This document shows positions 18,544-27,843 of a stretch of DNA of 64,000 nt, one piece after another. The notes beneath the pieces are model-generated. The model was not told where the DNA came from. It was given only the letters and a program-made list of their open reading frames with translations, and made no database searches. Position 1 is the first letter of the stretch; every line of letters starts with the position of its first letter. The stretch spans positions 1,759-65,758 of the forward strand of contig JABJHA010000044.1 of the NCBI GenBank assembly GCA_018662005.1, given 5' to 3'. The position numbers and the translations under genes are program-made. Origin of the DNA: Rhodospirillaceae bacterium. Its GTDB lineage: Bacteria > Pseudomonadota > Alphaproteobacteria > Rhodospirillales > JABHCV01.

Positions 18544-19314
18544 ATGAAGCCTGTATCACATCGCCAACATGATATCGTAGATCGAGCCAGGCATCAGGGG
18601 CGGGTCATTGTCGATGATCTTGCCGAGCACTTTGATGTGACTCCGCAGACGATCCGCAAGGATTTAAATGAACTGTGTGACAGGGGAATTCTGCAACGTG
18701 TTCATGGCGGCGGCGTCCTTATTTCCGGTGTCACTAATTATGATTATGAGGCCAGGCGGGTATTGGCGTCAGACGAGAAGCGACGCATAGCTCTCAAGGC
18801 CGCCTCGTTAATACCCGACAACAGCTCGTTGATGATTAACATCGGCACGACGACCGAGCAAGTTGCCCATGCCCTGAGAGGCAAACACGGCATCCTCGTT
18901 ATCACGAATAGTATTAATGTTGTCAATACGTTGCAAGGAGCGGCGGACATCGAAGTTATTATCGCTGGTGGACTCGTCCGTCCGACAGATGGCGGCGTTG
19001 TCGGCGAGGCAACGGTTGATTTTATTCGTCAGTTCAAAATGGATTACGCCATTGTGAGCGCCTCTGCCATTGATGAAGATGGTTCCATTCTCGACTATGA
19101 TTACCGTGAAGTTAAAGTCGCCCAGGCCATCATCGAAAATGCCCGACACTGCATTCTTGTTGCCGACAGCACGAAGTTCGAACGCTCTGCTCCGGTACGC
19201 ATTGGCCACATTTCCCAGCTCTCCAGTTTTGTCACGGACAATCCACCGCCATCTTCCTTTGCGGCGGTATGTAAAGAAAACGACGTCGATCTGATTGTCG
19301 TCGAAGAAATATAA
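18544..19314 (+). CDS. glpR: DeoR-family transcriptional repressor, GlpR-like
   Basis: N-terminal HTH (VIVDDLAEHFDVTPQTIRKDLNEL) plus a DeoR C-terminal sensor domain. Divergent from the ABC operon and upstream of glpD. Confidence 0.85.
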   Translation: MKPVSHRQHDIVDRARHQGRVIVDDLAEHFDVTPQTIRKDLNELCDRGILQRVHGGGVLISGVTNYDYEARRVLASDEKRRIALKAASLIPDNSSLMINIGTTTEQVAHALRGKHGILVITNSINVVNTLQGAADIEVIIAGGLVRPTDGGVVGEATVDFIRQFKMDYAIVSASAIDEDGSILDYDYREVKVAQAIIENARHCILVADSTKFERSAPVRIGHISQLSSFVTDNPPPSSFAAVCKENDVDLIVVEEI

Positions 19315-19323
19315 ATTATAATC

Positions 19324-19351
19324 TTCGTTTATTTTCGTTGTCGGTTCGTTT
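19324..19351 (+). promoter_or_regulatory. Three phased TTCGTT(T) repeats upstream of glpD, a candidate GlpR operator
   Basis: ttcgttt at 19324, ttcgtt at 19334 and ttcgttt at 19345, with 10-11 bp phasing. The complementary aaaacgaa lies at 18438-18445 and tttttcgat at 18458-18466 in the glpR/ABC divergent region. Confidence 0.3.
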
Positions 19352-19416
19352 TTCTTCAAATAAAGTTCTCCCATTACGCAATGTAAGCACCCATATGAGC
19401 TGTGCCGGGAGGAAAA

Positions 19417-20922
19417 GTGAGCAAAGCCCTTTACGATATCGCCATTATCGGTGGCGGGATCAACGGCTGTGGCATTGCCCGTGACGCTGTCGGGCGAGGT
19501 CTATCCGTCTATCTGGCGGAAAAGGATGATCTGGCCAACGGCACCTCATCGGCATCGACAAAGCTTATCCACGGTGGATTGCGTTATCTGGAGTATTATG
19601 AATTTCGTTTGGTTCGTGAGTCCCTTCGCGAACGTGAAGTTCTTTGGGGCATGGCTCCGCATATCATTCATCCGCTACGCTTTGTTTTGCCCCATGCCAA
19701 AGACCTGCGTCCGGCGTGGTTGATCAGGCTGGGCCTTTTTCTCTATGACCACCTGGGGGGGCGTGAGCGCTTACCTGGGTCCAACTTCGTCAATCTTCGC
19801 ACCTCGCCCGTCGGGGGGCCTTTGCAATCGGTTTTTACCAAAGGTTTCGAATATTCCGATTGCTGGGTCGATGACGCTCGGCTTGTCGTATTAAACGCCA
19901 TGGCCGCCGCCGATAAGGGAGCGACCATCAAAACCCGTAACGAAATCGTCTCGGCGAAACGTGAGGGTCAGGAATGGCGCCTGGAAGTTGACGATGTCCG
20001 GACGGGGGTGCGCTCGACCATACGCTCCCGTGTCCTGATTAATGCCAGCGGTCCCTGGGTCGGTCATGTTATTTCCGACCGTATTGCCATCAGCAGCACT
20101 TCCAGAATACGTCTGGTCAAGGGCAGCCACATTATTGTCCCGCGCATGTTTGATCATGACCGTGCTTATATATTCCAGAACCCGGACAGAAGGATCATTT
20201 TCGCGATCCCCTATGAGCATGATTTCACGTTGGTCGGCACAACCGATTTGGATTACTCCGGGCGACCGGAAGATGTGATAGCCGATGACGAGGAAGTCGC
20301 ATATCTGTGTGACGCCATTGGTGAGTATTTCTCAAAGCCCATTTCGCCGGAAGACGTGGTGTGGTCCTATTCCGGCGTCCGACCGCTTTACGATGACGGA
20401 TCTTCCGAAGCCCAGGAAGCGACACGGGATTTCGTTCTCGAACTGGATGGGGATCAGGAAAACGCTGTTGTACTCAATATTTTTGGTGGAAAAATAACGA
20501 CCTACAGGCGTCTGGCGGAAGAGGTGCTGGGGAAACTGAAACCCTGGCTGCCGATGATGAAGCAATCCTGGACCAGCGGCGCCGTCTTGCCTGGTGGAGA
20601 CTTCCCTATTGATGGGCTCAGCGCTTTGAAAGAAACATTGGAGAAAAAGTACGCCGCACTGCCCTCAGAATTAATTGACCGTCTCATACGCACCTATGGA
20701 ACGCGGACAACTACGCTCCTGGGAGAGGCAACAACTCCAGGCGATCTTGGATTGCATTTTGGGGCCGGACTTTATCAATGTGAGGTCGAGTACTTATTAG
20801 AGAACGAATGGGCGCAAACAGTTGAGGACATTCTCTGGCGACGAAGCAAACTGGGGCTTAGAATGAAGAGCCAGGACGTAACAAATCTTTCATCCTGGCT
20901 AAGGGGTCGCTTGGAAGGCTAA
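19417..20922 (+). CDS. glpD: Aerobic FAD-dependent glycerol-3-phosphate dehydrogenase
   Basis: [19 protein letters not shown]...[23 protein letters not shown] 19417 follows GGAGGA; the track start is 19402. Confidence 0.9.
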   Translation: MSKALYDIAIIGGGINGCGIARDAVGRGLSVYLAEKDDLANGTSSASTKLIHGGLRYLEYYEFRLVRESLREREVLWGMAPHIIHPLRFVLPHAKDLRPAWLIRLGLFLYDHLGGRERLPGSNFVNLRTSPVGGPLQSVFTKGFEYSDCWVDDARLVVLNAMAAADKGATIKTRNEIVSAKREGQEWRLEVDDVRTGVRSTIRSRVLINASGPWVGHVISDRIAISSTSRIRLVKGSHIIVPRMFDHDRAYIFQNPDRRIIFAIPYEHDFTLVGTTDLDYSGRPEDVIADDEEVAYLCDAIGEYFSKPISPEDVVWSYSGVRPLYDDGSSEAQEATRDFVLELDGDQENAVVLNIFGGKITTYRRLAEEVLGKLKPWLPMMKQSWTSGAVLPGGDFPIDGLSALKETLEKKYAALPSELIDRLIRTYGTRTTTLLGEATTPGDLGLHFGAGLYQCEVEYLLENEWAQTVEDILWRRSKLGLRMKSQDVTNLSSWLRGRLEG

Positions 20923-20965
20923 TAATTCTTCATCGAAGTTACGGTCTCTATCAGGAGGATACAAA

Positions 20966-22459
20966 ATGCCGGAATACATTCTTGCCATTGACCAGGGGAC
21001 GACATCTTCGCGTGCGATTGTTTTTGATGGCGCCCAAACGCCGGTGGCGGTAGCCCAGGAAGAGTTTGAACAGCACTTTCCCCAATCGGGTTGGGTCGAA
21101 CACGAAGTGGAAGACATTTGGCAAACCACCGTTTCGACATGCCGGGACGCCATCGCCAAGGCAGGCATCGGTGCGGCGGATATCGCCGCCATCGGGATCA
21201 CCAACCAACGTGAAACGACGGTGATCTGGGACCGCGAAACAGGTGAACCTCTGCATCGAGCCATCGTCTGGCAGGACCGGCGCACCGCAGAAATGTGCCA
21301 GGAATTAAAAGCCGGGGGAAACGAGGTTATGGCATCCGCCCGTACAGGGCTCTTGCTCGACCCCTATTTCTCGGGAACCAAAGCTGCCTGGGTACTCGAT
21401 AAGGTCGATGGCGCTCGCGCTGCAGCGGAGGCCGGCAAACTGGCCTTCGGTACAATCGATTGTTTTCTTCTGTGGCGCTTAAGCGGCAGCAAGATCCATG
21501 CGACGGACGCGACCAACGCCAGCCGGACCTTGCTCTATGATATCCATGAAGGGTGTTGGTCGCAGGAAATGTGCGACCTGATTCGGGTGCCGATGTCGAT
21601 GTTGCCAGAGGTCAAAAACAGTGCGGACGACTACGGCGTCACGGATCCCGACTTGTTCGGCGGTCCTATAGCCGTTTGCGGCATTGCCGGTGACCAGCAG
21701 GCGGCGACAATTGGTCAGGCCTGCTTCAAACCAGGAATGATGAAGTCCACTTATGGAACGGGATGTTTCGCAGTTCTCAATACCGGCGTGACCCCGGTCG
21801 CTTCCACCAACCGGCTTTTAACTACCATTGCCTATCAACTGAATGGCAAACCGACGTATGCGTTGGAAGGTTCTATCTTCATCGCCGGGGCCGCCGTGCA
21901 GTGGCTTCGCGATGGTTTGAAGGTTATCGATAATGCAGCGCAATCGGGTGAACTGGCCCAGCAAGCTGACGACAATCAGGAGGTTTTCCTGGTGCCCGCT
22001 TTCGTCGGCATGGGAGCGCCTTATTGGGATGCGGAGGCGCGCGGCGCGCTTTACGGCATTACCCGCGGTACAGGCCCTGAGGAATTGGCCCGCGCCGCTT
22101 TGGAAAGTGTGGGCTTTCAAACCCGTGATTTGCTGGAGGCCATGAAAGGCGATTGGTCGGGGGCGGGTTCTGATACCGTGCTTAGGGTCGATGGCGGAAT
22201 GACCGCTTCTGACTGGACCATGCAATTTCTTTCCGACATCCTCGGCGCACCGGTCGACCGTCCGCAAGTTCAGGAAACCACCGCGCTCGGGGCGGCGTAC
22301 CTTGCCGGGATGCACGCGGGTGTCTACCCCGACCTTGAGGGTTTCGCCAAGACCTGGGCACTTGAACAACGCTTCCTCCCTGAACTCGATGCCGGAAAAC
22401 GCGAACAACGTTACAGCGGATGGAAAGATGCCGTTCGTCGAACGTTGAGTGATACCTAA
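20966..22459 (+). CDS. glpK: Glycerol kinase
   Basis: [18 protein letters not shown]...[13 protein letters not shown] and FGGY-family motifs throughout the 497 aa. Confidence 0.95.
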   Translation: MPEYILAIDQGTTSSRAIVFDGAQTPVAVAQEEFEQHFPQSGWVEHEVEDIWQTTVSTCRDAIAKAGIGAADIAAIGITNQRETTVIWDRETGEPLHRAIVWQDRRTAEMCQELKAGGNEVMASARTGLLLDPYFSGTKAAWVLDKVDGARAAAEAGKLAFGTIDCFLLWRLSGSKIHATDATNASRTLLYDIHEGCWSQEMCDLIRVPMSMLPEVKNSADDYGVTDPDLFGGPIAVCGIAGDQQAATIGQACFKPGMMKSTYGTGCFAVLNTGVTPVASTNRLLTTIAYQLNGKPTYALEGSIFIAGAAVQWLRDGLKVIDNAAQSGELAQQADDNQEVFLVPAFVGMGAPYWDAEARGALYGITRGTGPEELARAALESVGFQTRDLLEAMKGDWSGAGSDTVLRVDGGMTASDWTMQFLSDILGAPVDRPQVQETTALGAAYLAGMHAGVYPDLEGFAKTWALEQRFLPELDAGKREQRYSGWKDAVRRTLSDT

Positions 22460-22475
22460 CCACGGAAGAATTACT

Positions 22476-23768
22476 ATGGGCGCACAAGAAGACATCAGGA
22501 CCCCGACGATCGACTTCATGGCGAAGGCTCATGAGCTTCTTCCCGGCAACGCCAGCTATGATTCTTGTCTCGCCTGCGGATTATGTTCGTCCGGTTGCCC
22601 TGCCTCTGGCTTGTATGGCATAGACCCCAGACGCTTCATCCGAATGGCCATGCTCGGCATGAACGAGGAACTTTCCAACACACCTTGGATTTGGACCTGC
22701 ACCATGTGTCGGCGCTGTGCCTACGTCTGTCCGATGAACATCGACGTTTCCATTCTGGTCGGCTACGCCCGCGGGGCTTGGCCGAAGGAAAAGAAGCCAC
22801 AAGGTATTGTGCGATCCTGCGAGGCCCAAATGATGTCGCAAAGCACCAGCGCCATGGGGGTGATGCCGGACGATTTCGTCGAAATTATCGAAGAAACCGT
22901 TGAAGAATTGCAGCAGGAAGATCCGCGCTTCAAGGACCTGCAAGTCCCTATGGACAAAAAAGGCGCAACCTTTTTCGTCAACCAGAATTCAAGGGAACCG
23001 GCTGTCGAGCCTGAGGAACTGGGGCCCTTGTGGAAAATTTTCGACTATGTCGGCGCGGACTGGACCTATGCCTCAAAAGGCTGGGCGGCGGAAAACTTTT
23101 GCATGTTTACGGGCGACGAGAAAACCTGGAAGGAAATGGTCAAACAGCGGGTTGATGCCGTCAACGAACTCGACTGCAAGGTCTGGATCAATACCGAATG
23201 CGGTCATTCCTTTTACACCATGTGGGCCGGGGTTGAGCGCTTTGGCTTGGAAGCCAACTTCGAGGCCGCCAGCCTGATTAGCTACTACGCCCAATGGATC
23301 AGGGAAGGAAAGCTTCCCGTCAACGCTGACTGGAACACCGGCAATATCAAATTCACAATCCAGGATCCATGCCAACTGGTTCGCAAATCCATTGGCGACC
23401 CTGTGGCCGATGATCTGCGTTATGTCGCAAGGGCACTGGTTGGGGCGGACAATGTCATCGATATGCAGCCTTGCCGCAGCGCCAACTACTGTTGTGGCGG
23501 CGGCGGCGGTTTCCTGCAAGCGGGCATGAACGATCAGCGCCGTGCCTATGGCAAACGCAAGTTCGATCAGATTGCGGTGACGCAGGCCGAGTACGTTCTC
23601 ACCCCCTGTCACAACTGCCATTCCCAGATTACCGACATTGGCGAGGTCTACGGTGGCGACTATCGGGTCATCCATTTTTGGACCCTGATTTGCCTGTCGC
23701 TCGGTATTCTTGGTGAAAACGAACGCAAGTATCTGGGCCCAGAGCTAATGGAAATAGGGTTGCCATGA
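22476..23768 (+). CDS. glpC: Anaerobic glycerol-3-phosphate dehydrogenase subunit C (Fe-S / CCG-domain protein)
   Basis: Two ferredoxin-type Cys clusters (CLACGLCSSGCP, CTMCRRCAYVCP) and CCG motifs (NYCCGGGGG, PCHNCHSQ). Immediately upstream of glpA and glpB. Confidence 0.8.
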   Translation: MGAQEDIRTPTIDFMAKAHELLPGNASYDSCLACGLCSSGCPASGLYGIDPRRFIRMAMLGMNEELSNTPWIWTCTMCRRCAYVCPMNIDVSILVGYARGAWPKEKKPQGIVRSCEAQMMSQSTSAMGVMPDDFVEIIEETVEELQQEDPRFKDLQVPMDKKGATFFVNQNSREPAVEPEELGPLWKIFDYVGADWTYASKGWAAENFCMFTGDEKTWKEMVKQRVDAVNELDCKVWINTECGHSFYTMWAGVERFGLEANFEAASLISYYAQWIREGKLPVNADWNTGNIKFTIQDPCQLVRKSIGDPVADDLRYVARALVGADNVIDMQPCRSANYCCGGGGGFLQAGMNDQRRAYGKRKFDQIAVTQAEYVLTPCHNCHSQITDIGEVYGGDYRVIHFWTLICLSLGILGENERKYLGPELMEIGLP

Positions 23769-25366
23769 GCACGTTCGATAAAGAATACGAGACCGCGGTC
23801 CTGATCATCGGTGGTGGTGTCACCGGAACGGGCATCATGCGCGATTTGGCGTTGCGTGGTTTCCACTGCCTGCTGATTGAACGCAAAGACCTGAATGCCG
23901 GAGCGTCGGGCGGCAATCATGGCCTTCTGCACAGCGGTGGGCGTTACGCCTCGACGGACTGGGAGACCGCCGCCGAATGCCGGATCGAAAGTAACATACT
24001 CAAAAAACTGGCTCCGGAATGTATTGATGATTGTGGCGGGCTGTTCGTCGCCGTCGAGGGTGACGACCCGGACTTTGCTGAGCATTTCCCCGAACACTGC
24101 GCCAAGGCGGGCATCGATTGTCACTCGCTAAGCCCCGCCGAAGCCAGGGAAAAGGAACCCGGCCTGTCAGAAAAAATATTCGCCGCCTACAGTGTGCCGG
24201 ACGCCACCGTTGATCCGTTCCACATCACACTTGGAAACGTCAATCATGCTCAACAACTGACAGATAGTCAGTACCTGCCTCACACAGAGGCCGCTGAATT
24301 TGAAATAGAAGATGGATTGATCCAGAGCGCCTTGTGTCGCGATATTCGTTCAGGTGAGAGAGTGCGCATTCGCGCCAAACAGGTGGTCAATGCGACAGGG
24401 GCCTGGGCGAAGAATGTGGCTCGACTGGCAGGCTGCACGGATGTTGATCTTCTGTACGCCAAAGGCACCCTGATCATCAGCAATTCGCGAATCACCAACG
24501 GCGTCGTCAACCGCCTGCGCTCACCGGGAGATGGCGACATTCTGGTGCCCGGCGGCACCGTCTCTATTTTGGGGACGACATCTGACAGGGTCGATAGCCC
24601 TGAAGGATTGCGGCCAACCGTGGATGAGGTTGATCATATCCTGAATGAAGGCATTCCCATGTTGCCCGGTCTGCAAAATACGCGTTTCATCCGCGCCTTT
24701 TGCGGCGTGCGCCCACTGCTGCAATCATCGGAGGCGGGAGCCGACGGCCGCAAAGCGAGCCGCGGTTTCAGGCTTTTTAATCACGAGGATCAGGGCTTGA
24801 GCAATTTCGCCTCTCTTGTCGGCGGCAAGCTGACGACATATCGGCTGATGGCGGAAAAAACCGGCGACCTTGTGGCGTTCCGCATGGGCAAGGATGTCCC
24901 ATGCAAGACGGCGAGCGAGCCTCTGCCTGCGGGTGACAGCGTGCGCTGGACCGAACCCGGATATGCGCCACGCTACTGGTATCAGCGCAACGACCCTAGC
25001 GACGCCATCTTGTGTGAATGTGAAATGGTGCCGCGCTCGGCGATTGATGAAATAGTCGAAACGGCGCCCGGAGCAGAAAGTCATATGACCCTGCGCGCCA
25101 TCGCACTGCGTTCACGCGTCGGCAAAGGTGCTTGTCAGGGCTCGTTCTGTGCCGCGCGGGTTTCTTCATACCTTTATGACCGGGGCGTCTATGAGGGAAT
25201 TGAAGGACACGAGCACATGCGCGATTTCGTGGCCGAAAGGTTTAAGGGTGTGCGCCCAGTCTTGTGGGACAAACAGATGCCGCAGATGGAACTGGCGGAG
25301 GCCATCCATTGTGGGCTTCTGGGACTCGACCTTGAAAAGGACGACGAGTCCGGGTCAGCAACATGA
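23765..25366 (+). CDS. glpA: Anaerobic glycerol-3-phosphate dehydrogenase subunit A
   Basis: FAD fold VLIIGGGVTGTGIMRDLALRG...LLHSGGRY. C-terminal BFD-like Cys motifs (CECEMV, CQGSFC). ATGA overlap with glpC. Confidence 0.85.
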   Translation: MSTFDKEYETAVLIIGGGVTGTGIMRDLALRGFHCLLIERKDLNAGASGGNHGLLHSGGRYASTDWETAAECRIESNILKKLAPECIDDCGGLFVAVEGDDPDFAEHFPEHCAKAGIDCHSLSPAEAREKEPGLSEKIFAAYSVPDATVDPFHITLGNVNHAQQLTDSQYLPHTEAAEFEIEDGLIQSALCRDIRSGERVRIRAKQVVNATGAWAKNVARLAGCTDVDLLYAKGTLIISNSRITNGVVNRLRSPGDGDILVPGGTVSILGTTSDRVDSPEGLRPTVDEVDHILNEGIPMLPGLQNTRFIRAFCGVRPLLQSSEAGADGRKASRGFRLFNHEDQGLSNFASLVGGKLTTYRLMAEKTGDLVAFRMGKDVPCKTASEPLPAGDSVRWTEPGYAPRYWYQRNDPSDAILCECEMVPRSAIDEIVETAPGAESHMTLRAIALRSRVGKGACQGSFCAARVSSYLYDRGVYEGIEGHEHMRDFVAERFKGVRPVLWDKQMPQMELAEAIHCGLLGLDLEKDDESGSAT

Positions 25367-26649
25367 AACGGCAATTAAGAGATCACAGCACCCAGTTGAC
25401 GGTGATCGGTTCGGGACTTGCAGGGTTCGCCGCCAGCATATTCGCGCTCGATCGTGGCCTTGCGACGGCGCAGATCGGAAATACCGGGGCGGTTGCCTAC
25501 ACCAGCGGTTACCTCGATCTGCTCGGTTGTGAGGCAGGCAGTATTTTGGATGATCCTTGGCAGGGTCTGGCGGCGTTGCGCCGGAACGAACCTAACCATC
25601 CGTTGTCTCGAATTGGCGATGAGACAATCCGTGAGGCTTATTCTTTGTTCATTAAGACACTCAGCGATATGGGCCTCGACTACAGCCAACCCGGCGATAC
25701 CAACGTGAAGGCCTTATTGCCGGGTGGCGTCGTCAAGCCGACGTTCTCGATCCCGAAAACCATGCTTGCGGGTGTCGAAGCCGCGCAAAACAAAACACCA
25801 ACTTTGATTGTCGATTTCACGGGTTTGCAGGGCTTCAGTGCAAAAGAGATGGTGGCGAACCTTTCTCCCTCCTGGCCGGATATTCGTGCTGAGACCCTGA
25901 CCTTTCCGGACATGGAAAGCGGTGCGCCGATTTATGCTGAGGTCATGGCCCGCGCCCTTGAAGTCGCGGCGAACCGAAAGCTTTTGGCAGAACGCCTCAA
26001 GGCGGTTCTCGGCAATGCCAAAGCCGTTGGTCTTCCAGCTATTCTGGGTATTCATGCCTCCAGCGCCGTGCACGCGCATATGGAGGAACTCATCGATGTG
26101 ACGTTGTTCGAAATTCCGACCATGCCGCCGGCCGTGCCGGGCATTCGTCTTCGGGAATTGTTTGAAGGAATACTGCCAACAAAGGGCCTGATGCTGGTGC
26201 CGCAACATAAAACCAACCGGATTGACCTCGATGAAGACGGCGTCGTTGTTTATCTGGAAGACAGTTTTGGCGAGATTGTCATTCGTTCACAGGCCGCCAT
26301 ACTCGCCACCGGCCGGTTCCTGTCCGGTGGACTTTCTGCCGATCGCAATTGTGTTCGCGAACCTCTGGTGGGCATTCCGGTAACCCAACCGGAATGCCGC
26401 AACGCCTGGCACAGCCCCGATTATTTCGATCCGAACGGGCACCCGATCAATCGCTCAGGCATTGAAGTTGATGACCACTATCGACCGCTAAAGGCAGAAG
26501 GGCGCCCTGTCAGCGAACGCCTGTTCGCCGCCGGTGTCGTACTGGCGCATCAGGACTGGGTCCGGCAGCGTTGCGGCGCCAGCGTCGCCATCACCAGCGC
26601 CTATAAAGCGGTAGAAGCGGTGACGAATATCCTGAATCGGAAACCTTGA
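25363..26649 (+). CDS. glpB: Anaerobic glycerol-3-phosphate dehydrogenase subunit B
   Basis: N-terminal dinucleotide fold LTVIGSGLAGFAASIFA. Translationally coupled to glpA (ATGA overlap). Confidence 0.8.
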   Translation: MKRQLRDHSTQLTVIGSGLAGFAASIFALDRGLATAQIGNTGAVAYTSGYLDLLGCEAGSILDDPWQGLAALRRNEPNHPLSRIGDETIREAYSLFIKTLSDMGLDYSQPGDTNVKALLPGGVVKPTFSIPKTMLAGVEAAQNKTPTLIVDFTGLQGFSAKEMVANLSPSWPDIRAETLTFPDMESGAPIYAEVMARALEVAANRKLLAERLKAVLGNAKAVGLPAILGIHASSAVHAHMEELIDVTLFEIPTMPPAVPGIRLRELFEGILPTKGLMLVPQHKTNRIDLDEDGVVVYLEDSFGEIVIRSQAAILATGRFLSGGLSADRNCVREPLVGIPVTQPECRNAWHSPDYFDPNGHPINRSGIEVDDHYRPLKAEGRPVSERLFAAGVVLAHQDWVRQRCGASVAITSAYKAVEAVTNILNRKP

Positions 26650-26754
26650 CCGGAAAATTTAATAAATGAAATTTATCGACATATCATAGTCAAATGGTGA
26701 CCAGATAATTCTCCAAATTTAAACCCACATTATTGATTCAATTTACTCCCTGAA

Positions 26755-26829
26755 ATGTCCGCTTCGGGTCATAAGCAGACTATTAACCAGACACCAAATG
26801 ATGTCTACTTACTGCCGGATAGTGGACAT
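26755..26829. repeat. Two REP-like palindromic elements of the same family as at 11335-11532
   Basis: atgtccgcttcgggtcataagcagac (26755-26780) and atgtctacttactgccggatagtggacat (26800-26829). The latter is followed by tgattccgga, as at 11383-11424. Confidence 0.5.
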
Positions 26830-26888
26830 TGATTCCGGATTAGTATTTGTGCGCCAAAGCCTCCCTCGGGCATTCCGACATCGGGTCC

Positions 26889-26917
26889 ATTGACGCTATT
26901 GGCGCTATTGTCACGGG
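26889..26917 (+). repeat. 29-bp direct repeat, copy 1
   Basis: attgacgctattggcgctattgtcacggg. It differs at 1 position from 27729-27757 and contains an internal gctattg-gc-gctattg duplication. Confidence 0.7.
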
Positions 26918-26940
26918 GCATGGAGAACAACCAACGCCTC

Positions 26941-27159
26941 CTACACAGCCTCGTCGGTGTGAACGTCGGGCGACTTCTGTGGCTTAAACTTGACGAGAGT
27001 AGAGTACTTCGTAGCGGCGGCATTGAATTTTTTCAACATTATCATCGTTACTGAAGCCAAAATTGGCCCCAACAATTTGGAAATCATGAAACCCAAGCCG
27101 ACATAACAGACGGCCAATGATGCTAGATATGTCCAATTGTTTGTTCCAATATTCAGCAT
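26941..27159 (-). CDS. Hypothetical small membrane protein (72 aa), doubtful
   Basis: Hydrophobic stretch WTYLASLAVCYVGLGFMISKLLGPILASVTMIML. No SD. Overlapped by another-frame ORF, so it may be a remnant. Confidence 0.25.
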   Translation of the reverse strand: MLNIGTNNWTYLASLAVCYVGLGFMISKLLGPILASVTMIMLKKFNAAATKYSTLVKFKPQKSPDVHTDEAV

Positions 27160-27212
27160 GGGCTGACATGGTGAATATAGTCGAATCTCCCCTCATTCGA
27201 ATCCCCACCTTC

Positions 27213-27602
27213 TCAGGCAGTTTCAATGATAGCAGGCGGTTGGGTATCGATAACGGGCCGGTAGAGGTTTGCAGCAACCCTCAGAGAAGGAGTGTTTAGC
27301 GTTTCACCGCCAATGCTCATGTCGCTGGCGGTTTCTATCGCCATGTTCCACGCCACTTCGGCCTCCGGCCCGGTGTGTACCGGCGGTCGTATCGTCCTTT
27401 GTCTTCCCTGCTGTGCGAGCCTAGCTCTCTCAAGTTCTCCTTCCGCTGAAAACTCATGCCAAAGATCCATCCGCTTGCTTATTTGGGGTAGCTCCTCAAT
27501 ATGGGTCGTCGAAGGCGCGGCCTTCGCCACCGTCTGGGTGAGCGGAAACGGCCCGACCAAGGCTAGGTATCGTTCGTAATCGAGGGGAGCGATATTGATC
27601 AT
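27213..27602 (-). CDS. Hypothetical protein (129 aa), no family recognised
   Basis: AAGGAG lies 10 nt upstream of ATG 27602. It sits inside the direct-repeat-bounded cassette. Confidence 0.45.
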   Translation of the reverse strand: MINIAPLDYERYLALVGPFPLTQTVAKAAPSTTHIEELPQISKRMDLWHEFSAEGELERARLAQQGRQRTIRPPVHTGPEAEVAWNMAIETASDMSIGGETLNTPSLRVAANLYRPVIDTQPPAIIETA

Positions 27603-27728
27603 GGCTCAACGGCTCCTTTGGCAGGAGAAGAGGGGGGCCAAACACAACTAATGCCTTTCTTATGATTTATGCCCGTTGTAGCGCCTCGTCAACTGGATGT
27701 ATTCGCTCCAGGTGGTTTTTAACGACCT

Positions 27729-27757
27729 ATTGACGCTATTGGCGCTACTGTCACGGG
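27729..27757 (+). repeat. 29-bp direct repeat, copy 2
   Basis: attgacgctattggcgctactgtcacggg, 840 bp from copy 1 and in the same orientation. Confidence 0.7.
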
Positions 27758-27761
27758 ATAT

Positions 27762-27785
27762 AAAAAACCGGACCCGAAGGCCCGG
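27762..27785 (-). terminator. Canonical Rho-independent terminator with no upstream gene on its strand
   Basis: The minus strand reads ccgggcc-ttcg-ggtccgg-tttttt: a 7-bp stem with one G.U, a UUCG loop and a 6-U tail. Confidence 0.6.
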
Positions 27786-27843
27786 CGAGTTTAACAGGGA
27801 TGTCAGAGGCGCGCATGAAGCGCATGGGGAGGGGGTTGCCCCT
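27762..27843 (-). ncRNA. Candidate ~80-nt small RNA (speculative)
   Basis: A perfect TATAAT on the minus strand (plus coordinates 27850-27855) lies ~85 nt upstream of the orphan terminator. Small hairpins in between (aggggcaacccct, gcgcttcatgcgc). No convincing -35. Confidence 0.25.

Noticed and set aside
21818-22519. 233-aa ORF antisense to glpK. Similar long antisense ORFs lie at 23073-23675 (in glpC), 23660-24124, 25714-26208, 12586-13125, 14377-14964, 17072-17608, 56321-56854 and 57047-57610.
   Set aside because: Each lies entirely inside a gene with unmistakable family motifs on the other strand. They have Arg/Pro/Gly-rich, low-complexity translations typical of antisense frames in moderately GC-rich DNA, and no SD sequences.
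26984-27277. 97-aa minus-strand ORF bridging the 129-aa and 72-aa ORFs in the direct-repeat cassette.
   Set aside because: It overlaps both neighbours in other frames and has no SD. I cannot tell whether the three frames are one frameshifted pseudogene, so I did not call it.
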